A stretch of 64,000 bases of DNA from Candidatus Dojkabacteria bacterium (GCA_016927995.1 JAFGLO010000004.1:64955-128954); one strand, 5' to 3'. Positions 1 through 10,690 are shown, numbered from the stretch's first letter. The notes: generated by a model from the sequence alone, not told the origin. A program made the numbers and translations.

Positions 1-327
1 TTAGTAAGCAATGCAGTAAAGTATACAATGGAAGGTTCCGTAACGGTTACTATTAAAGAAAAGGAATATTCCGTTGAATGTTCTGTGACCGATACCGGAG
101 TGGGAGTATCTGCTTCCGATATTAAAAATCTTGGAAAGAAATTTTTTAGAGCAAGCCCTTATGTAAATGGGAAAGAAGGTAAAGGTAGTGACGTAATTCG
201 ACCGGGAGGTACCGGGCTTGGGCTTTATGTTACCTTTGGATTAATTAAGGCAATGGGCGGAAGGATTCGAATAGAAAGTACATTGGGTAAAGGATCTACG
301 TTTACATTTACCTTGCCGAAAGGGTAA
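1..327 (+). CDS. Sensor histidine kinase, C-terminal HATPase domain (5' truncated by window)
   Basis: LVSNAVKYT N-box at the window start, DTGVG G1 box, GGTGLGL G2 box, STLGKGSTFTF. Confidence 0.9.
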   Translation, partial: LVSNAVKYTMEGSVTVTIKEKEYSVECSVTDTGVGVSASDIKNLGKKFFRASPYVNGKEGKGSDVIRPGGTGLGLYVTFGLIKAMGGRIRIESTLGKGSTFTFTLPKG

Positions 328-380
328 GATTAACTTACTAAGACACTCGTCTTTTACTAAGCTAAGTTTTTAAAACTGCC

Positions 381-878
381 ATGTTACAAAAGATTAAGAC
401 ATATACTTTTGCAAATTGGGGTTATCTCTTGTGGGGAAGTTTGTTTTTTGTTGTACCTAGCCTTGGACTTCCACAACTTGTTACAGGAATTGTAGTGAAT
501 GCACTTTTAGCTTATGGAGTATTAAGCTTTGGATACAAGAAGACCTTTCCATTGACCATTTTTCCATCTTTGATTTCTGTTGCTTTGGGACTTTTGTTTG
601 GACCGTTTACGATTTTTCTCTTGTATTTTGTACCGGTTATTATACTTGCTAACAATCTGTACGTAATTATTCTAAACCGTTATGCAAAGGGCAATAATAT
701 AGCTAAATATATTTTGCCATCGGTAGTAAAGTCAGGAGTGTTATTTTTAGCTGCCTATGTTTTTGTAAAACTAGGTATTGTTCCCGGCGTTTTCTTAACA
801 ACAATGGGGTTAATCCAACTTGTTACGGCAACGGTTGGACTTTTAATAGGAATTGTCCTCGCTAAAACCAAGAAATAG
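381..878 (+). CDS. Integral membrane protein, ECF S-component-like
   Basis: 165 aa, about 5 hydrophobic segments, QLVTGIVVNA motif. Confidence 0.55.
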   Translation: MLQKIKTYTFANWGYLLWGSLFFVVPSLGLPQLVTGIVVNALLAYGVLSFGYKKTFPLTIFPSLISVALGLLFGPFTIFLLYFVPVIILANNLYVIILNRYAKGNNIAKYILPSVVKSGVLFLAAYVFVKLGIVPGVFLTTMGLIQLVTATVGLLIGIVLAKTKK

Positions 879-933
879 TAACAAAATACCGAAGTTGTGA
901 TACAATTTATGTGTTAACCTTATACTCTGTAAA

Positions 934-2712
934 ATGATTACCGATACACTAAAGTCAAAAATCCAGGAAGTCGTTAAGTCACTCTTCAAGGTAGATACTG
1001 AAATAGTTGTTGATATTCCCAATGATTCATCCAAAGGCGATTACTTTTCAAATGTGGCAATGCAGCTTGCCGGCAGACTTAAAAAAAATCCGGTAGAAAT
1101 CGCACAGGAAATCGTTAAGACACTTAACGTTTCAGATATCGCAGAGGCAACCGTAGCCAGTCCCGGATATATAAATTTTAAACTACTGACTTCTGTATAT
1201 CAAACAAAGTTTTGCGAAATGGTCGATGCCGCAAATAAAGGAAAACCGCTAGCTACAAACAGTCTTTGGAATGGCAAAAAAGTAATGATAGAGTTTGCAC
1301 ATCCTAATCCGTTTAAATCGTTTCATATTGGACACCTGCGAAATATCTGCCTTGGTGAATCACTTGTTCGCCTGTTCGAAGCATCAGGTGCAAAGGTAAT
1401 AAGAACAAATTACCAGGGTGATGTAGGCTTGCATATTGCAAAATGTTTATGGGCATTTTTAAAAACCGATCCTAAAGATTATCCGATGGCTCCACGTGAG
1501 AAAGCTACATTTTTAGGGAAATTGTATGCACAAGGTGCTACCGCATATAAAGATAACGAAAGCGCAAAATCAGAAATAAGAGAAATTAATAAGCAAATAT
1601 ATTCAGGTGAAAATCCCAAAATCACGAAACTTTGGCAACTTGGGAAAACTTGGAGTTTGGAGCATTTTCATGAAATATATAAGCGGGTATATTCCAGATT
1701 CGATAGAGAATACATGGAAACAGAAGTTATGAACGATGGACTTATGTATAGTAAACAAGCATTAGAAAAGGGAATTCTTAAAGAGAGTGACGGTGCAGTA
1801 ATTTTTGACGGAAAGCCACATGGGCTTGATACCAGGGTGTTTATAAACAATGAAGGATTACCAACCTACGAAGGTAAAGAACTCGGACTTGCATATAAAG
1901 AATTTACCGATTTTGGGGAATTAGATTTGTGTATTCACAACGTGGCCGTTGAACAGATAAGCTTTTTTAAGGTAACTTTTAAGGTCCAGGAGCTTTTAAA
2001 CCCTAAGCTTTTTAAAGGAAAACAGTATCACAATGCGTATGAATTTGTGGGGCTTAAAAAAGGAAAAATGAGTTCACGAGAGGGCAAAGTTGTTTTAGCA
2101 ATGGACATTTTGGATGAAGCTGTTTCTCGAATTAATGCTTTACCAACAGAAACTGCAAAAGACAATTCGGCTGAAGATTCGGATAATACCGAAATTTCGG
2201 AAACGGTGGGTGTCGGTGCCGTAAAATATTCATTCTTAAAGGTTAGCCCATTTAAATACATGGCGTTTGACATGGACGAGTGTGTAAGTCTTGAAGGAAA
2301 TTCGGGTCCATATTTGCAGTATAGTTATGTAAGGGCAAGGGCCGTAGGCAGTAGGGACATGTCTGTGACTTGTCCCGCAGATAGGGACATGTCTGTGACT
2401 TGTCCCACAGATGGGGAAATGTCACAGACTTGTCCTGCTTGTTCGACAAAAGAGGAACAGGAATTAATCAAGTCAATAACCAAATTTTCGGGCGTTGTGG
2501 AAGATGCCACAAAAGCCTATAGCCCTAATTATCTTGCCGATTACTTATACAAGCTTGCGCAAAGTTTTAGTAGATTTTATGAAAATGTTCCGGTACTTAA
2601 AGAGCCTGATACCCAAAAGAAAGCTGCGAGATTAACGCTTGTCTCAATGTTTGCTCGTGTAATGAAGGAAGGGCTTTATCTTTTAGGAATAGAGATAGTA
2701 GAAAAAATGTAA
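934..2712 (+). CDS. argS: Arginine--tRNA ligase
   Basis: HPNPFKSFHIGHLRN HIGH motif, KMSSR, GNSGPYLQY, C-terminal GIEIVEKM. Confidence 0.97.
   Translation: MITDTLKSKIQEVVKSLFKVDTEIVVDIPNDSSKGDYFSNVAMQLAGRLKKNPVEIAQEIVKTLNVSDIAEATVASPGYINFKLLTSVYQTKFCEMVDAANKGKPLATNSLWNGKKVMIEFAHPNPFKSFHIGHLRNICLGESLVRLFEASGAKVIRTNYQGDVGLHIAKCLWAFLKTDPKDYPMAPREKATFLGKLYAQGATAYKDNESAKSEIREINKQIYSGENPKITKLWQLGKTWSLEHFHEIYKRVYSRFDREYMETEVMNDGLMYSKQALEKGILKESDGAVIFDGKPHGLDTRVFINNEGLPTYEGKELGLAYKEFTDFGELDLCIHNVAVEQISFFKVTFKVQELLNPKLFKGKQYHNAYEFVGLKKGKMSSREGKVVLAMDILDEAVSRINALPTETAKDNSAEDSDNTEISETVGVGAVKYSFLKVSPFKYMAFDMDECVSLEGNSGPYLQYSYVRARAVGSRDMSVTCPADRDMSVTCPTDGEMSQTCPACSTKEEQELIKSITKFSGVVEDATKAYSPNYLADYLYKLAQSFSRFYENVPVLKEPDTQKKAARLTLVSMFARVMKEGLYLLGIEIVEKM
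2351..2440 (+). repeat. Three tandem 30-bp REP-like palindromes in frame inside argS
   Basis: GTAGGGACATGTCTGTGACTTGTCCCGCAG / ATAGGGACATGTCTGTGACTTGTCCCACAG / ATGGGGAAATGTCACAGACTTGTCCTGCTT; encode xxxMSxTCPx three times. Confidence 0.9.
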
Positions 2713-2720
2713 AAATCGAA

Positions 2721-3239
2721 ATGAATGATCGCGAGGATCGGCAAGTTGAATCTATAACTGTCCAACTTCCGGATTTTAATTCACCAGAATATCTAGCAGA
2801 GCATAGAAAACAACTAACTGGATTCTACGTTAGAGATCCGAGGCAAATAGATTATGATGCGTTTCGTGTACTTTTACTAAAAGCAGGGTATACGGATCTA
2901 GCACTTGAGCAGTTAACTCAAATCGATGCAGCCGTTCTTTTGAGACAAGTATCTTTAAATAAAGCCGAGGTTTCAAAATGTCAGGCTTCGGAGTCTAGCG
3001 TAAATGATCTCAGACGGGTACAGATTCTTACAGATATATATAGACTGGATCGTTTAAAACAACACCTTTCAGAAAATAACATTTCTGTCTATTCACTTAA
3101 ATGGAAAGGTTCTTTTCAGCAGGCAAATAATGTAGTTAAACCATTATTCTTCATTAACAATGGAAGGGGAATATTTGGAAATTATACATTGGAGGAGCTT
3201 GAGCAGATGGCTAATGTCCAGATCACAACTAGCAAGTAA
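2721..3239 (+). CDS. Hypothetical protein
   Basis: 172-aa ORF immediately after argS, no recognised motif. Confidence 0.55.
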   Translation: MNDREDRQVESITVQLPDFNSPEYLAEHRKQLTGFYVRDPRQIDYDAFRVLLLKAGYTDLALEQLTQIDAAVLLRQVSLNKAEVSKCQASESSVNDLRRVQILTDIYRLDRLKQHLSENNISVYSLKWKGSFQQANNVVKPLFFINNGRGIFGNYTLEELEQMANVQITTSK

Positions 3240-3240
3240 T

Positions 3241-5094
3241 TTACTTTATGTTCCCAATCTGGCGCTTAGCTTTTGTTCGCTCGGTTCGTGTCAATAAAAC
3301 CTTTCTTAGTCTTAAGCTTTGAGGCGTTACTTCAAGCATTTCATCGTCGGCAATAAAAACAAGTGCATATTCAAGGGTAAGCGGGAGCGTTTGTTTTAAA
3401 GGAATCTGGGTAACTTCACCAACACGCATTCTTGAGGAGACCTCTCGTTCCTTGGCAATGTTAATATCAAGATCTGTATCGAATTTATTAATTCCTACTA
3501 TCATTCCTTCGTAAACAGGTTCGCCTGGTTTTATAAATAAGTCGCCACGATCTTGGGCTAGTCCTAGTGCATAATCAGTCGAGATACCTTTCTCGTATGC
3601 AATTAGTACACCACCTCGTTTAATTTCATCAATTTTCTCTAAAGGCTCATAGCCGGATACAAAACTATTTAAAACCGAAGTTCCTTTGGTTTGAGTCAAA
3701 AGCGTGTTTCTAAGTCCCAGCAGATTTCTTGTTTTTATTTGGTAAATAAAATGAACAATTCCTTTTGAGGTTTCCATGCTTTGTAAAATTGCTTTCCTGT
3801 GGCCAAGCTCGTTTGTTATGATACCAATCCATTCTTCCGGAACGTCGATATAAAGCTTTTCTACCGGCTCTTTAATAAGTCCGTCTTCTTCTTGCAGAAT
3901 TACTTCAGGTCTTCTCACCTGAAATTCGTAGCCTTCTCGTCGTAATGTTTCAATAAGGATTGACAACTGAAGTTCTCCTCGACCAGAAATATAATAACTG
4001 CTGCCTTGGGCTTTTTCAATTTTTAATGAAATATTGGTTTCCTTTTCGCGCTCAATACGTTGTTCAATTTGCTTTGCCGTAACGTAGTCTCCATCTTTTC
4101 CGGTAAATGGTGAAGTATTAGGTTCAATTTTAATTTTTACTGAAGGTGGAGAAATCTTTATCAATGATAATGGTTCAGGAGTTTGAAAATCACAAAGTGT
4201 GGCTCCTATTTCTGTTGATTCGATTCCTGTTATTGCAACAATATCACCTGTTTCTGCGATGTCTGTTGACTCGTAGTTAAGTCCTTTTCTTACAAAAATT
4301 TTTGTAACTTTTCCCGATGATAGGTTGGAATCTTCCGGTTTACATAATATAAGCGTTTGTCCAATTTTTGCTTTTCCTCTGTTTACTCGACCAATAAGAT
4401 ATCTACCTACATGACTGTCATAATCAAGTGCGGCAACCTGCATTTGGAAGCTGCCATTTATGTCCCCTTGGGGTTTGGGAATATATTCAATAATTTTGTC
4501 GAGTAGGGGTTGGATTGTACCTTGAGTTACATCTGGAACGGTTAAGTCACCTTCGGGTAGATTTTCAAAGACTTTACCTTCTCTGCCGATTGCATAGAAT
4601 ACAGGAAAGCTTAGTTGGGTATCACTCGTAGCAAGATTTAAAAATAGGTCCTCAACTTTTTTTCTGGTACTAATGACATCTGCGAACTTTTTGTCAATTT
4701 TATTTATTACAACAATTACAGGTAGATTTAGCTCAAATGCCTTGCGCAAAACAAATTCCGTCTGAGGCATTACACCTTCCTGAGCGTCAACAACAAGAAT
4801 ACATCCATCAGCCATATTTAATGTTCGTTCAACTTCACCGCCAAAATCCGAGTGACCGGGAGTATCGATAATATTTATTTTGTAGCCCTTATAATCGATT
4901 GCAATATTTTTTGCAAGAATAGTTATACCTTTTTCACGTTCAAGCTCATTAGAATCAAGAATCTGGGTTTGTTTCATCTCTTGCTGATTATCTCTAAACA
5001 ACTGGCTTTGTTTTATAAATGCATCAACCAGTGTGGTTTTTCCATGATCTACGTGTGCAATGATTGCTATGTTTCGAATATCTGCCTGTTGCAT
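3241..5094 (-). CDS. typA: Translational GTPase TypA/BipA
   Basis: IRNIAIIAHVDHGKTTLVD, DTPGHSDFGGEVER, GRGELQLSILIETLRREGYE, EVTPQSLRLRK. Confidence 0.95.
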   Translation of the reverse strand: MQQADIRNIAIIAHVDHGKTTLVDAFIKQSQLFRDNQQEMKQTQILDSNELEREKGITILAKNIAIDYKGYKINIIDTPGHSDFGGEVERTLNMADGCILVVDAQEGVMPQTEFVLRKAFELNLPVIVVINKIDKKFADVISTRKKVEDLFLNLATSDTQLSFPVFYAIGREGKVFENLPEGDLTVPDVTQGTIQPLLDKIIEYIPKPQGDINGSFQMQVAALDYDSHVGRYLIGRVNRGKAKIGQTLILCKPEDSNLSSGKVTKIFVRKGLNYESTDIAETGDIVAITGIESTEIGATLCDFQTPEPLSLIKISPPSVKIKIEPNTSPFTGKDGDYVTAKQIEQRIEREKETNISLKIEKAQGSSYYISGRGELQLSILIETLRREGYEFQVRRPEVILQEEDGLIKEPVEKLYIDVPEEWIGIITNELGHRKAILQSMETSKGIVHFIYQIKTRNLLGLRNTLLTQTKGTSVLNSFVSGYEPLEKIDEIKRGGVLIAYEKGISTDYALGLAQDRGDLFIKPGEPVYEGMIVGINKFDTDLDINIAKEREVSSRMRVGEVTQIPLKQTLPLTLEYALVFIADDEMLEVTPQSLRLRKVLLTRTERTKAKRQIGNIK

Positions 5095-5208
5095 AGAATA
5101 ATACGTAAAATATCTGTCTGCCTTTATTACTTACCCGAATGGGGATATTAATAAGTAGGAACCGACTATTATACCACCGAATGATGATTTTTTGTATCTA
5201 TGTTCCGT

Positions 5209-7191
5209 TTATTCACCAAATACTGCATCGTGAGTGCGTTTCATCAAGCTTTGATCAAGAAGGGATGCAATTTTTATTCTAGGAATACCGCTTTGTAAAG
5301 TCCCGTAAACTTCACCCGGTCCCCTCCGCTTAAGGTCATATTCGGCGACTTTAAGTCCATCGATTGTTTTTGCAAAATATTCAAGTCTTTCCTTTACATC
5401 AGTTGAATCACTCTCGGAAAACAAAAAGCAATGAGACTTCTGATTTCGTCGTCCTATTCTTCCTCTTAATTGATGCAGTTGTGCAAGTCCAAACCTTTCC
5501 GCACTTTCAATAATCATAATACTTGCGTGCGGTATATCAATTCCAACTTCGACTACCGGTGTTGCTACCAATATGTCGTATCTAAGCTTGGCAAAATCGC
5601 TAAGAATTTTTTGTTTTTCCTGTTCCTTTTGTCTTCCATGTAGGAGTGCAATATCAAATTCAGGAAAGATTTTATTTTTAAGCCGATCAAACTCAAGCAT
5701 GGCAGCCTTTGACTGGAGATGAGGGGATTCTTCAATTAACGGACAGATAACAAACAATTGTTCATAGTCTTCAGTTTCCTTTCCATTAAGGATTTTTTCT
5801 CTTATCCATTCGTATACTTTTTCCGTATTATTTGTGAAATGAGTTTTGACTGGAATTCTGCCTTTTGGCATTTCATCGATATAAGAGATGTCAAGACTTC
5901 CATACAAAGAAAGTGCTAGTGTTCTTGGAATTGGTGTTGCCGTCATAATCAAATAGTGGGGATTATTACCTGTTTTATCAACAAAAGCTAGCTTTCCTCG
6001 TTGACGTACGCCAAACCTGTGTTGCTCATCAATTACAACTACACCAATTTTTTTAGGTAGATCCTTATGATGCAGTAGCGCCTGGGTTCCAATTAAAATT
6101 TGTGGTTTGTTCTCAATTTTTATTTTTCGGGTTTGTGCCGTTATCAATTTTATAGAGTTTGTATATTTTGGTGGGAGATAGCTTTTTATTGTTTCATAGT
6201 GCTGGGCGGCAAGAATTGTCGTTGGTGCCATGATTATTCCGGTTAGCTTGTTGTCAATGGCTGATACAAGTGCTGTTAATGCAACGATTGTTTTCCCGCA
6301 ACCTACGTCACCTGCAAGTAATCGGTGCATTGGCGCTTTACCGCTTGTATCGACAATAATCTCTTCAATTGATCGCTTTTGGGCTTTTGTAAGTTCATGC
6401 GGAAAAGTCTTGATTAGTAGTGGGAGGCCTTTCTTGGGAGTAATAGGGATAGCCTTTCTCTTCTTTTGAATTGTTTTTATTTTCTTAAGTTTTAGTTGAA
6501 TCTCATATAATTCCTCGAAACCTATACGTTCTCTTGCTTTTTCAATGTCAGTTTCGGATTCCGGAAAATGAATCTTGAAGATTGCTTCCGAGCGGGGAAT
6601 TAATGATTCCTTTGTTAATAGTTCTGTAGAAAGTGTTTCAGTTACAAGCTCTTTAACGAGTGGTTTGATTTTTGTGAAAATAGTTCTAAATTTTCTTGAG
6701 CTTAACCCCTTTGTTTCCGGATATACTGGAGTTATTCGACCAAGGTGTACAGTTGACTCAAGTGAGTTTTCTTTTATTTCCTCATGAATTGGGTTGGATA
6801 GATAAAATTCGTTGGTCTTAACCGTTAGTTTTCCCGAAAAAAGATAGTCGTTTCCGGGTTTTATTGCAGAAAGAATATAGGGCTGGTTAAACCATCTTAT
6901 AGAGATAAAGTTTTCACCATCTGTTCCGGTAGCAGTTACAATTGACATTCCTTTGGTTCTTGTGAAAACCCTTTTAACATTTGTAATTTTTAGTAAAACC
7001 GTACCTTCTTTCTCTACTAGTAGTTGGTGGACCCTTAATATTTGTGAAGTGTCAACATATCTTGTAGGAAAATGATTTAACAGATCTTCGACTCGCTCAA
7101 TGCCTAATTTACTAAGTAATATTGCAACTTTGGGACCAACTCTGGGAAGATATTGAACATTGTCATTGGCAGTAACTTTTTTTTCCGACAT
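5209..7191 (-). CDS. recG: ATP-dependent DNA helicase RecG
   Basis: RLLAGDVGCGKT, DEQHRFGVRQR, MTATPIPRTL, ERFGLAQLHQLRGRIGR. Confidence 0.97.
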   Translation of the reverse strand: MSEKKVTANDNVQYLPRVGPKVAILLSKLGIERVEDLLNHFPTRYVDTSQILRVHQLLVEKEGTVLLKITNVKRVFTRTKGMSIVTATGTDGENFISIRWFNQPYILSAIKPGNDYLFSGKLTVKTNEFYLSNPIHEEIKENSLESTVHLGRITPVYPETKGLSSRKFRTIFTKIKPLVKELVTETLSTELLTKESLIPRSEAIFKIHFPESETDIEKARERIGFEELYEIQLKLKKIKTIQKKRKAIPITPKKGLPLLIKTFPHELTKAQKRSIEEIIVDTSGKAPMHRLLAGDVGCGKTIVALTALVSAIDNKLTGIIMAPTTILAAQHYETIKSYLPPKYTNSIKLITAQTRKIKIENKPQILIGTQALLHHKDLPKKIGVVVIDEQHRFGVRQRGKLAFVDKTGNNPHYLIMTATPIPRTLALSLYGSLDISYIDEMPKGRIPVKTHFTNNTEKVYEWIREKILNGKETEDYEQLFVICPLIEESPHLQSKAAMLEFDRLKNKIFPEFDIALLHGRQKEQEKQKILSDFAKLRYDILVATPVVEVGIDIPHASIMIIESAERFGLAQLHQLRGRIGRRNQKSHCFLFSESDSTDVKERLEYFAKTIDGLKVAEYDLKRRGPGEVYGTLQSGIPRIKIASLLDQSLMKRTHDAVFGE

Positions 7192-7197
7192 TTGGCT

Positions 7198-7296
7198 TTA
7201 GTAAAATATCGTAAGCAAGACTGGACCTATTATTGATAAAAGTGTAGCAACAAGAATAATTATCCAGACAGCTTTTTGAACATTTTTTACTTTCAT
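7198..7296 (-). CDS. Small single-TM protein (32 aa) upstream of recG, absent from the ORF track
   Basis: MKVKNVQKAVWIIILVATLLSIIGPVLLTIFY; AGAGG upstream; stop 6 bp before the recG start. Confidence 0.6.
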   Translation of the reverse strand: MKVKNVQKAVWIIILVATLLSIIGPVLLTIFY

Positions 7297-7476
7297 TTTA
7301 CTGCCTCTTTAGTTTATGTCGAGTTTGCCTGTAAATGGCAATTCAACAAGGTATATGATACCATTAAATAACGAAAATATAAAGGTTGTTACTTTCTTTA
7401 GGTAACCCTCGTATTGTATATACCAACAATCCCAAAATTTAGGTATAATGAAACTTGAATAATTAACAAAAACAAA

Positions 7477-10400
7477 ATGGTAACTTTTAGCGTCTCAACA
7501 ACAAAAAAACAACCAAAACGTAAAACTCCGCCCAAGCGTCGCTCGGTAATGAACATCGGGTATTCAAAGTATAGACGCAGAATAAAAGGTGTTCACCTTT
7601 CAAAAGATGCTCAAACCTGGATTAAACGTGTTGGTACAGCCGCTGTAGTTATCTTTGGAGTCATTGGAATAATAGGTGCAATTGTACTCATGATTTTCCT
7701 GCGTAATGTAAAAAAAGACCTTCCGAATCCGGGTGAAATTTGGAATCGGAATATTGCAGAAGCCACCAGAATATACGATCGTAATATGAATCTATTGTAT
7801 ACAACCTTTGGTGATCAGAATAGAGAATACGTTTCTCTCGACCAAATTCCCAATGTAACACGTGCGGCAGTATTATCTGCAGAAGATAAAGATTTTTATG
7901 AGCACAGTGGTGTCGATTGGACTGGTCTTGTTGCCGCATTTTACGACAACTTCCGTTCTGGAAAGATTGTCCGTGGTTCAAGTACAATAAGTCAGCAGCT
8001 AGTTAGGAACACAATTTTATTGGATTATCTTGGGGAGAAAGCATATGAACAATCATATCTCCGAAAAATAAAAGAGATATTAATAACCCTTGAACTCGAG
8101 AATCAACTTACAAAGGATGAGATATTAGAGCTTTACATGAACGAAATTCCGCTTGGTGGAACCGTATACGGGTTTCAGGCAGCAGCTCAGTCATATTTTG
8201 GAAAGGACGTATCTCAACTTACACTTGCAGAAAGTGCACTTTTGGCCGGAATAATTAAGGCTCCAAGTTATTATTCTCCGTTATTTGGATTTGCACCGGA
8301 GGAAGCGATTGCGCAGAAAGATATGGTTCTTGACTTAATGGAGAAAAATCTCACAAAACTTAACGAAAGATACGGTATTACCCAAGAAGATATTGACGAA
8401 GCTCGACTTCAGCAAATTACATATAATCCCAAACCGATTGATATTAAGTCTCCACATTTTGTACTTTGGGTGAGGCAGCTTTTGGTAGAAATGTATGGGG
8501 CCGAAGTTGTTGAGCAGGGTGGTCTTACTGTTATAACCAGTCTTGATTATGACATGCAGCAAATTGCACAAGAGGAGATTCGTGTTGCAATTGACGGTAC
8601 CGGTACTGAAGTAGGATTTCGTGAACAGTACAATGTAAATAACGGAGCAATGGTTGTTCTTGATCCGCAAACAGGGGAAATACTTGTAATGGTGGGTTCA
8701 TATGATTATTGGACAATTGATGACCCGCGTGTCGATGGAAATGTTAATGTTACATTAAGTCCGCGCCAAATGGGCTCTGCCGTTAAACCAATTACATACC
8801 TTACTGCGTTTGAACAAGGTTATTCGCCTTCAACACTTGCTCCCGATATATCTTGGAGTTTTGGAGCAGCATATCAACCTAAAAACTGGGATGGAAGGTA
8901 CGATGGAATTATTCCTATGCGTGATGCATTACTGCGGTCAAGAAACCTTCCGGCATTATACACTTCCGAACTTGTGGGGGTACACAATTTTGTTGCAACT
9001 GCCGAGCGACTCGGGATTTCAACTCTAAATGATGTTAGTAACTACGGAGTTTCGATAACACTAGGTACTGCGGAAATGAAGCTTCTTGAGCTCACAAATG
9101 CATATGCCGCATTTGCTTCCGGTGGAATCCAGCATGAACCGGTGCCAATTTTAAAGGTTCTGGATAAAAAAGATAACGTTATCTATGAAGCCGATTTAGG
9201 TGACAGTTACAGAGTTATAAATGAACAGGAGGCATATTTACTAAACTGGGTTTTATGTAACGAAAGTAATACAACAAGACCAATGAAAGAACTTTATACA
9301 ATTGGTGGACAAAGGCTTTGCGGAAAAACAGGTACAACCGATGGACCTCGAGATCTCACCTCATTTTTGTATTACCCCAAGCTTGTTGTAGGAGTATGGG
9401 CCGGAAATAACAACAACGAAGTAACCTGTGGATATCGTTATGCCGATGGGACATGTAGAGGTCAGCAGGGTTGGAGTACAACAGTTCCATTGCCAATTGC
9501 TCATAGCTACTTGCAGCGTGTGATTGGTAGATTTGATAAAGCCTGGATAACCAGACCGGGAAATATCGTAGAGAAAAGAGTTTGTATGGACACAGGCTTA
9601 CCGGCTGGCGAAAATACTGCATGTCCTACCGAAACATTTGTGTTTAATGCAGACAGTTTGCCTGACAACGACGATTCGCATAAGACATATCCGATTTGTA
9701 GGGTAAACGGCCTAATTGCAACAAATGAATCAGAGGCAAGACAAATGGGATTAATCGACGATATTATGTATGTTGATTACAAGCTTGTAAATACTAACCA
9801 CGATAACGAGTGGCATAAATGGTTAACCGATCATAGAGATACAATTGCAGGGATGTTAGGAAAGAATATTGCCGATGTCCGTTATGCCTTTGAGCTTCCG
9901 GCTGAAGCAACCTGTCCACTTGGACTTGGCGGGAACAATGAACCGGTGGTTGCATTCTCTTCGCCGGTAGAGGGTCAGGAGGTTATTGCCGAGACAAATC
10001 TAAGAATTGCTTTTACTACGATTTCACTTGATCCAATTGTTAGTGCACAAATATTTTTTGACTCAACACTTGTTGGAACTGGCGATATTAACAGTAATTC
10101 AGCAGATATAACTTACCTTGTTCCTTCCGGGACAACAACCGGTAACCATATCGTACGAGTTGTTGTACGTGATAGTGCCGATAGGGTGACTGAAGCAACA
10201 AGAACTGTATCTGTAAGACAACCAAGAAATATATTTCTGTCGGTATCTGTAGTTAACGGATTTTCCAGTTCTGTCAAGGAGTTGCAAGCAAACCTAAGTG
10301 GAGCCGATATTGGGGATGTAAATTCGGTTACGTTTTATGTATACAATAGTTCCAACACTTTGGTTAAAACATTGTCTGGCGAAATATCTTCGGTTAGTCT

Positions 10401-10521
10401 ATGGACAACCAACATGACAATTAGCGATATGACATCCGGTGCATGGTACACGATTTATGCTGTTGCAAAGGCTGGTGTTGAAACATTTGAAAGTGCCGCA
10501 TACAATTATCAAATACCTTAA
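7477..10521 (+). CDS. Class A penicillin-binding protein (PBP1A family) with C-terminal Ig-like domains
   Basis: EDKDFYEHSG and GSSTISQQL transglycosylase motifs; GSAVK, SRN and KTGT transpeptidase motifs. Confidence 0.93.
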   Translation: MVTFSVSTTKKQPKRKTPPKRRSVMNIGYSKYRRRIKGVHLSKDAQTWIKRVGTAAVVIFGVIGIIGAIVLMIFLRNVKKDLPNPGEIWNRNIAEATRIYDRNMNLLYTTFGDQNREYVSLDQIPNVTRAAVLSAEDKDFYEHSGVDWTGLVAAFYDNFRSGKIVRGSSTISQQLVRNTILLDYLGEKAYEQSYLRKIKEILITLELENQLTKDEILELYMNEIPLGGTVYGFQAAAQSYFGKDVSQLTLAESALLAGIIKAPSYYSPLFGFAPEEAIAQKDMVLDLMEKNLTKLNERYGITQEDIDEARLQQITYNPKPIDIKSPHFVLWVRQLLVEMYGAEVVEQGGLTVITSLDYDMQQIAQEEIRVAIDGTGTEVGFREQYNVNNGAMVVLDPQTGEILVMVGSYDYWTIDDPRVDGNVNVTLSPRQMGSAVKPITYLTAFEQGYSPSTLAPDISWSFGAAYQPKNWDGRYDGIIPMRDALLRSRNLPALYTSELVGVHNFVATAERLGISTLNDVSNYGVSITLGTAEMKLLELTNAYAAFASGGIQHEPVPILKVLDKKDNVIYEADLGDSYRVINEQEAYLLNWVLCNESNTTRPMKELYTIGGQRLCGKTGTTDGPRDLTSFLYYPKLVVGVWAGNNNNEVTCGYRYADGTCRGQQGWSTTVPLPIAHSYLQRVIGRFDKAWITRPGNIVEKRVCMDTGLPAGENTACPTETFVFNADSLPDNDDSHKTYPICRVNGLIATNESEARQMGLIDDIMYVDYKLVNTNHDNEWHKWLTDHRDTIAGMLGKNIADVRYAFELPAEATCPLGLGGNNEPVVAFSSPVEGQEVIAETNLRIAFTTISLDPIVSAQIFFDSTLVGTGDINSNSADITYLVPSGTTTGNHIVRVVVRDSADRVTEATRTVSVRQPRNIFLSVSVVNGFSSSVKELQANLSGADIGDVNSVTFYVYNSSNTLVKTLSGEISSVSLWTTNMTISDMTSGAWYTIYAVAKAGVETFESAAYNYQIP

Positions 10522-10525
10522 TATT

Positions 10526-10534
10526 TGATATAAT
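10526..10534 (+). promoter_or_regulatory. Extended -10 promoter of the alaS leader
   Basis: TGaTATAAT 5 nt upstream of T-box Stem I. Confidence 0.7.
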
Positions 10535-10539
10535 CTACC

Positions 10540-10690
10540 GCGTTGATCCAAGACAAATGCCACTTGGGGAGCAAGGGAACGTTGGCTTTTCCTTAAGGTA
10601 AGTCGGGTAGGTCTTTTGTACCTAACAAGTCTTTTGGGGGTGACTTCAAAAGAAAACGGAGGTGGTACCACCTTTAAAAAGGTCCTCCGG
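10540..10690 (+). promoter_or_regulatory. T-box riboswitch (Ala, GCC specifier), ultrashort Stem I
   Basis: GCGTTGA-TCCAAG-acaaatGCCa-CTTGGG-GAGC Stem I; Stem II with GAA/GTAG; T-box GGAGG-TGGTACC-ACC...GGT-CCTCC; directly upstream of alaS. Confidence 0.85.

Noticed and set aside
10399-10671. 90-aa minus-strand ORF
   Set aside because: It is antisense to the T-box leader and the PBP 3' end; spurious.
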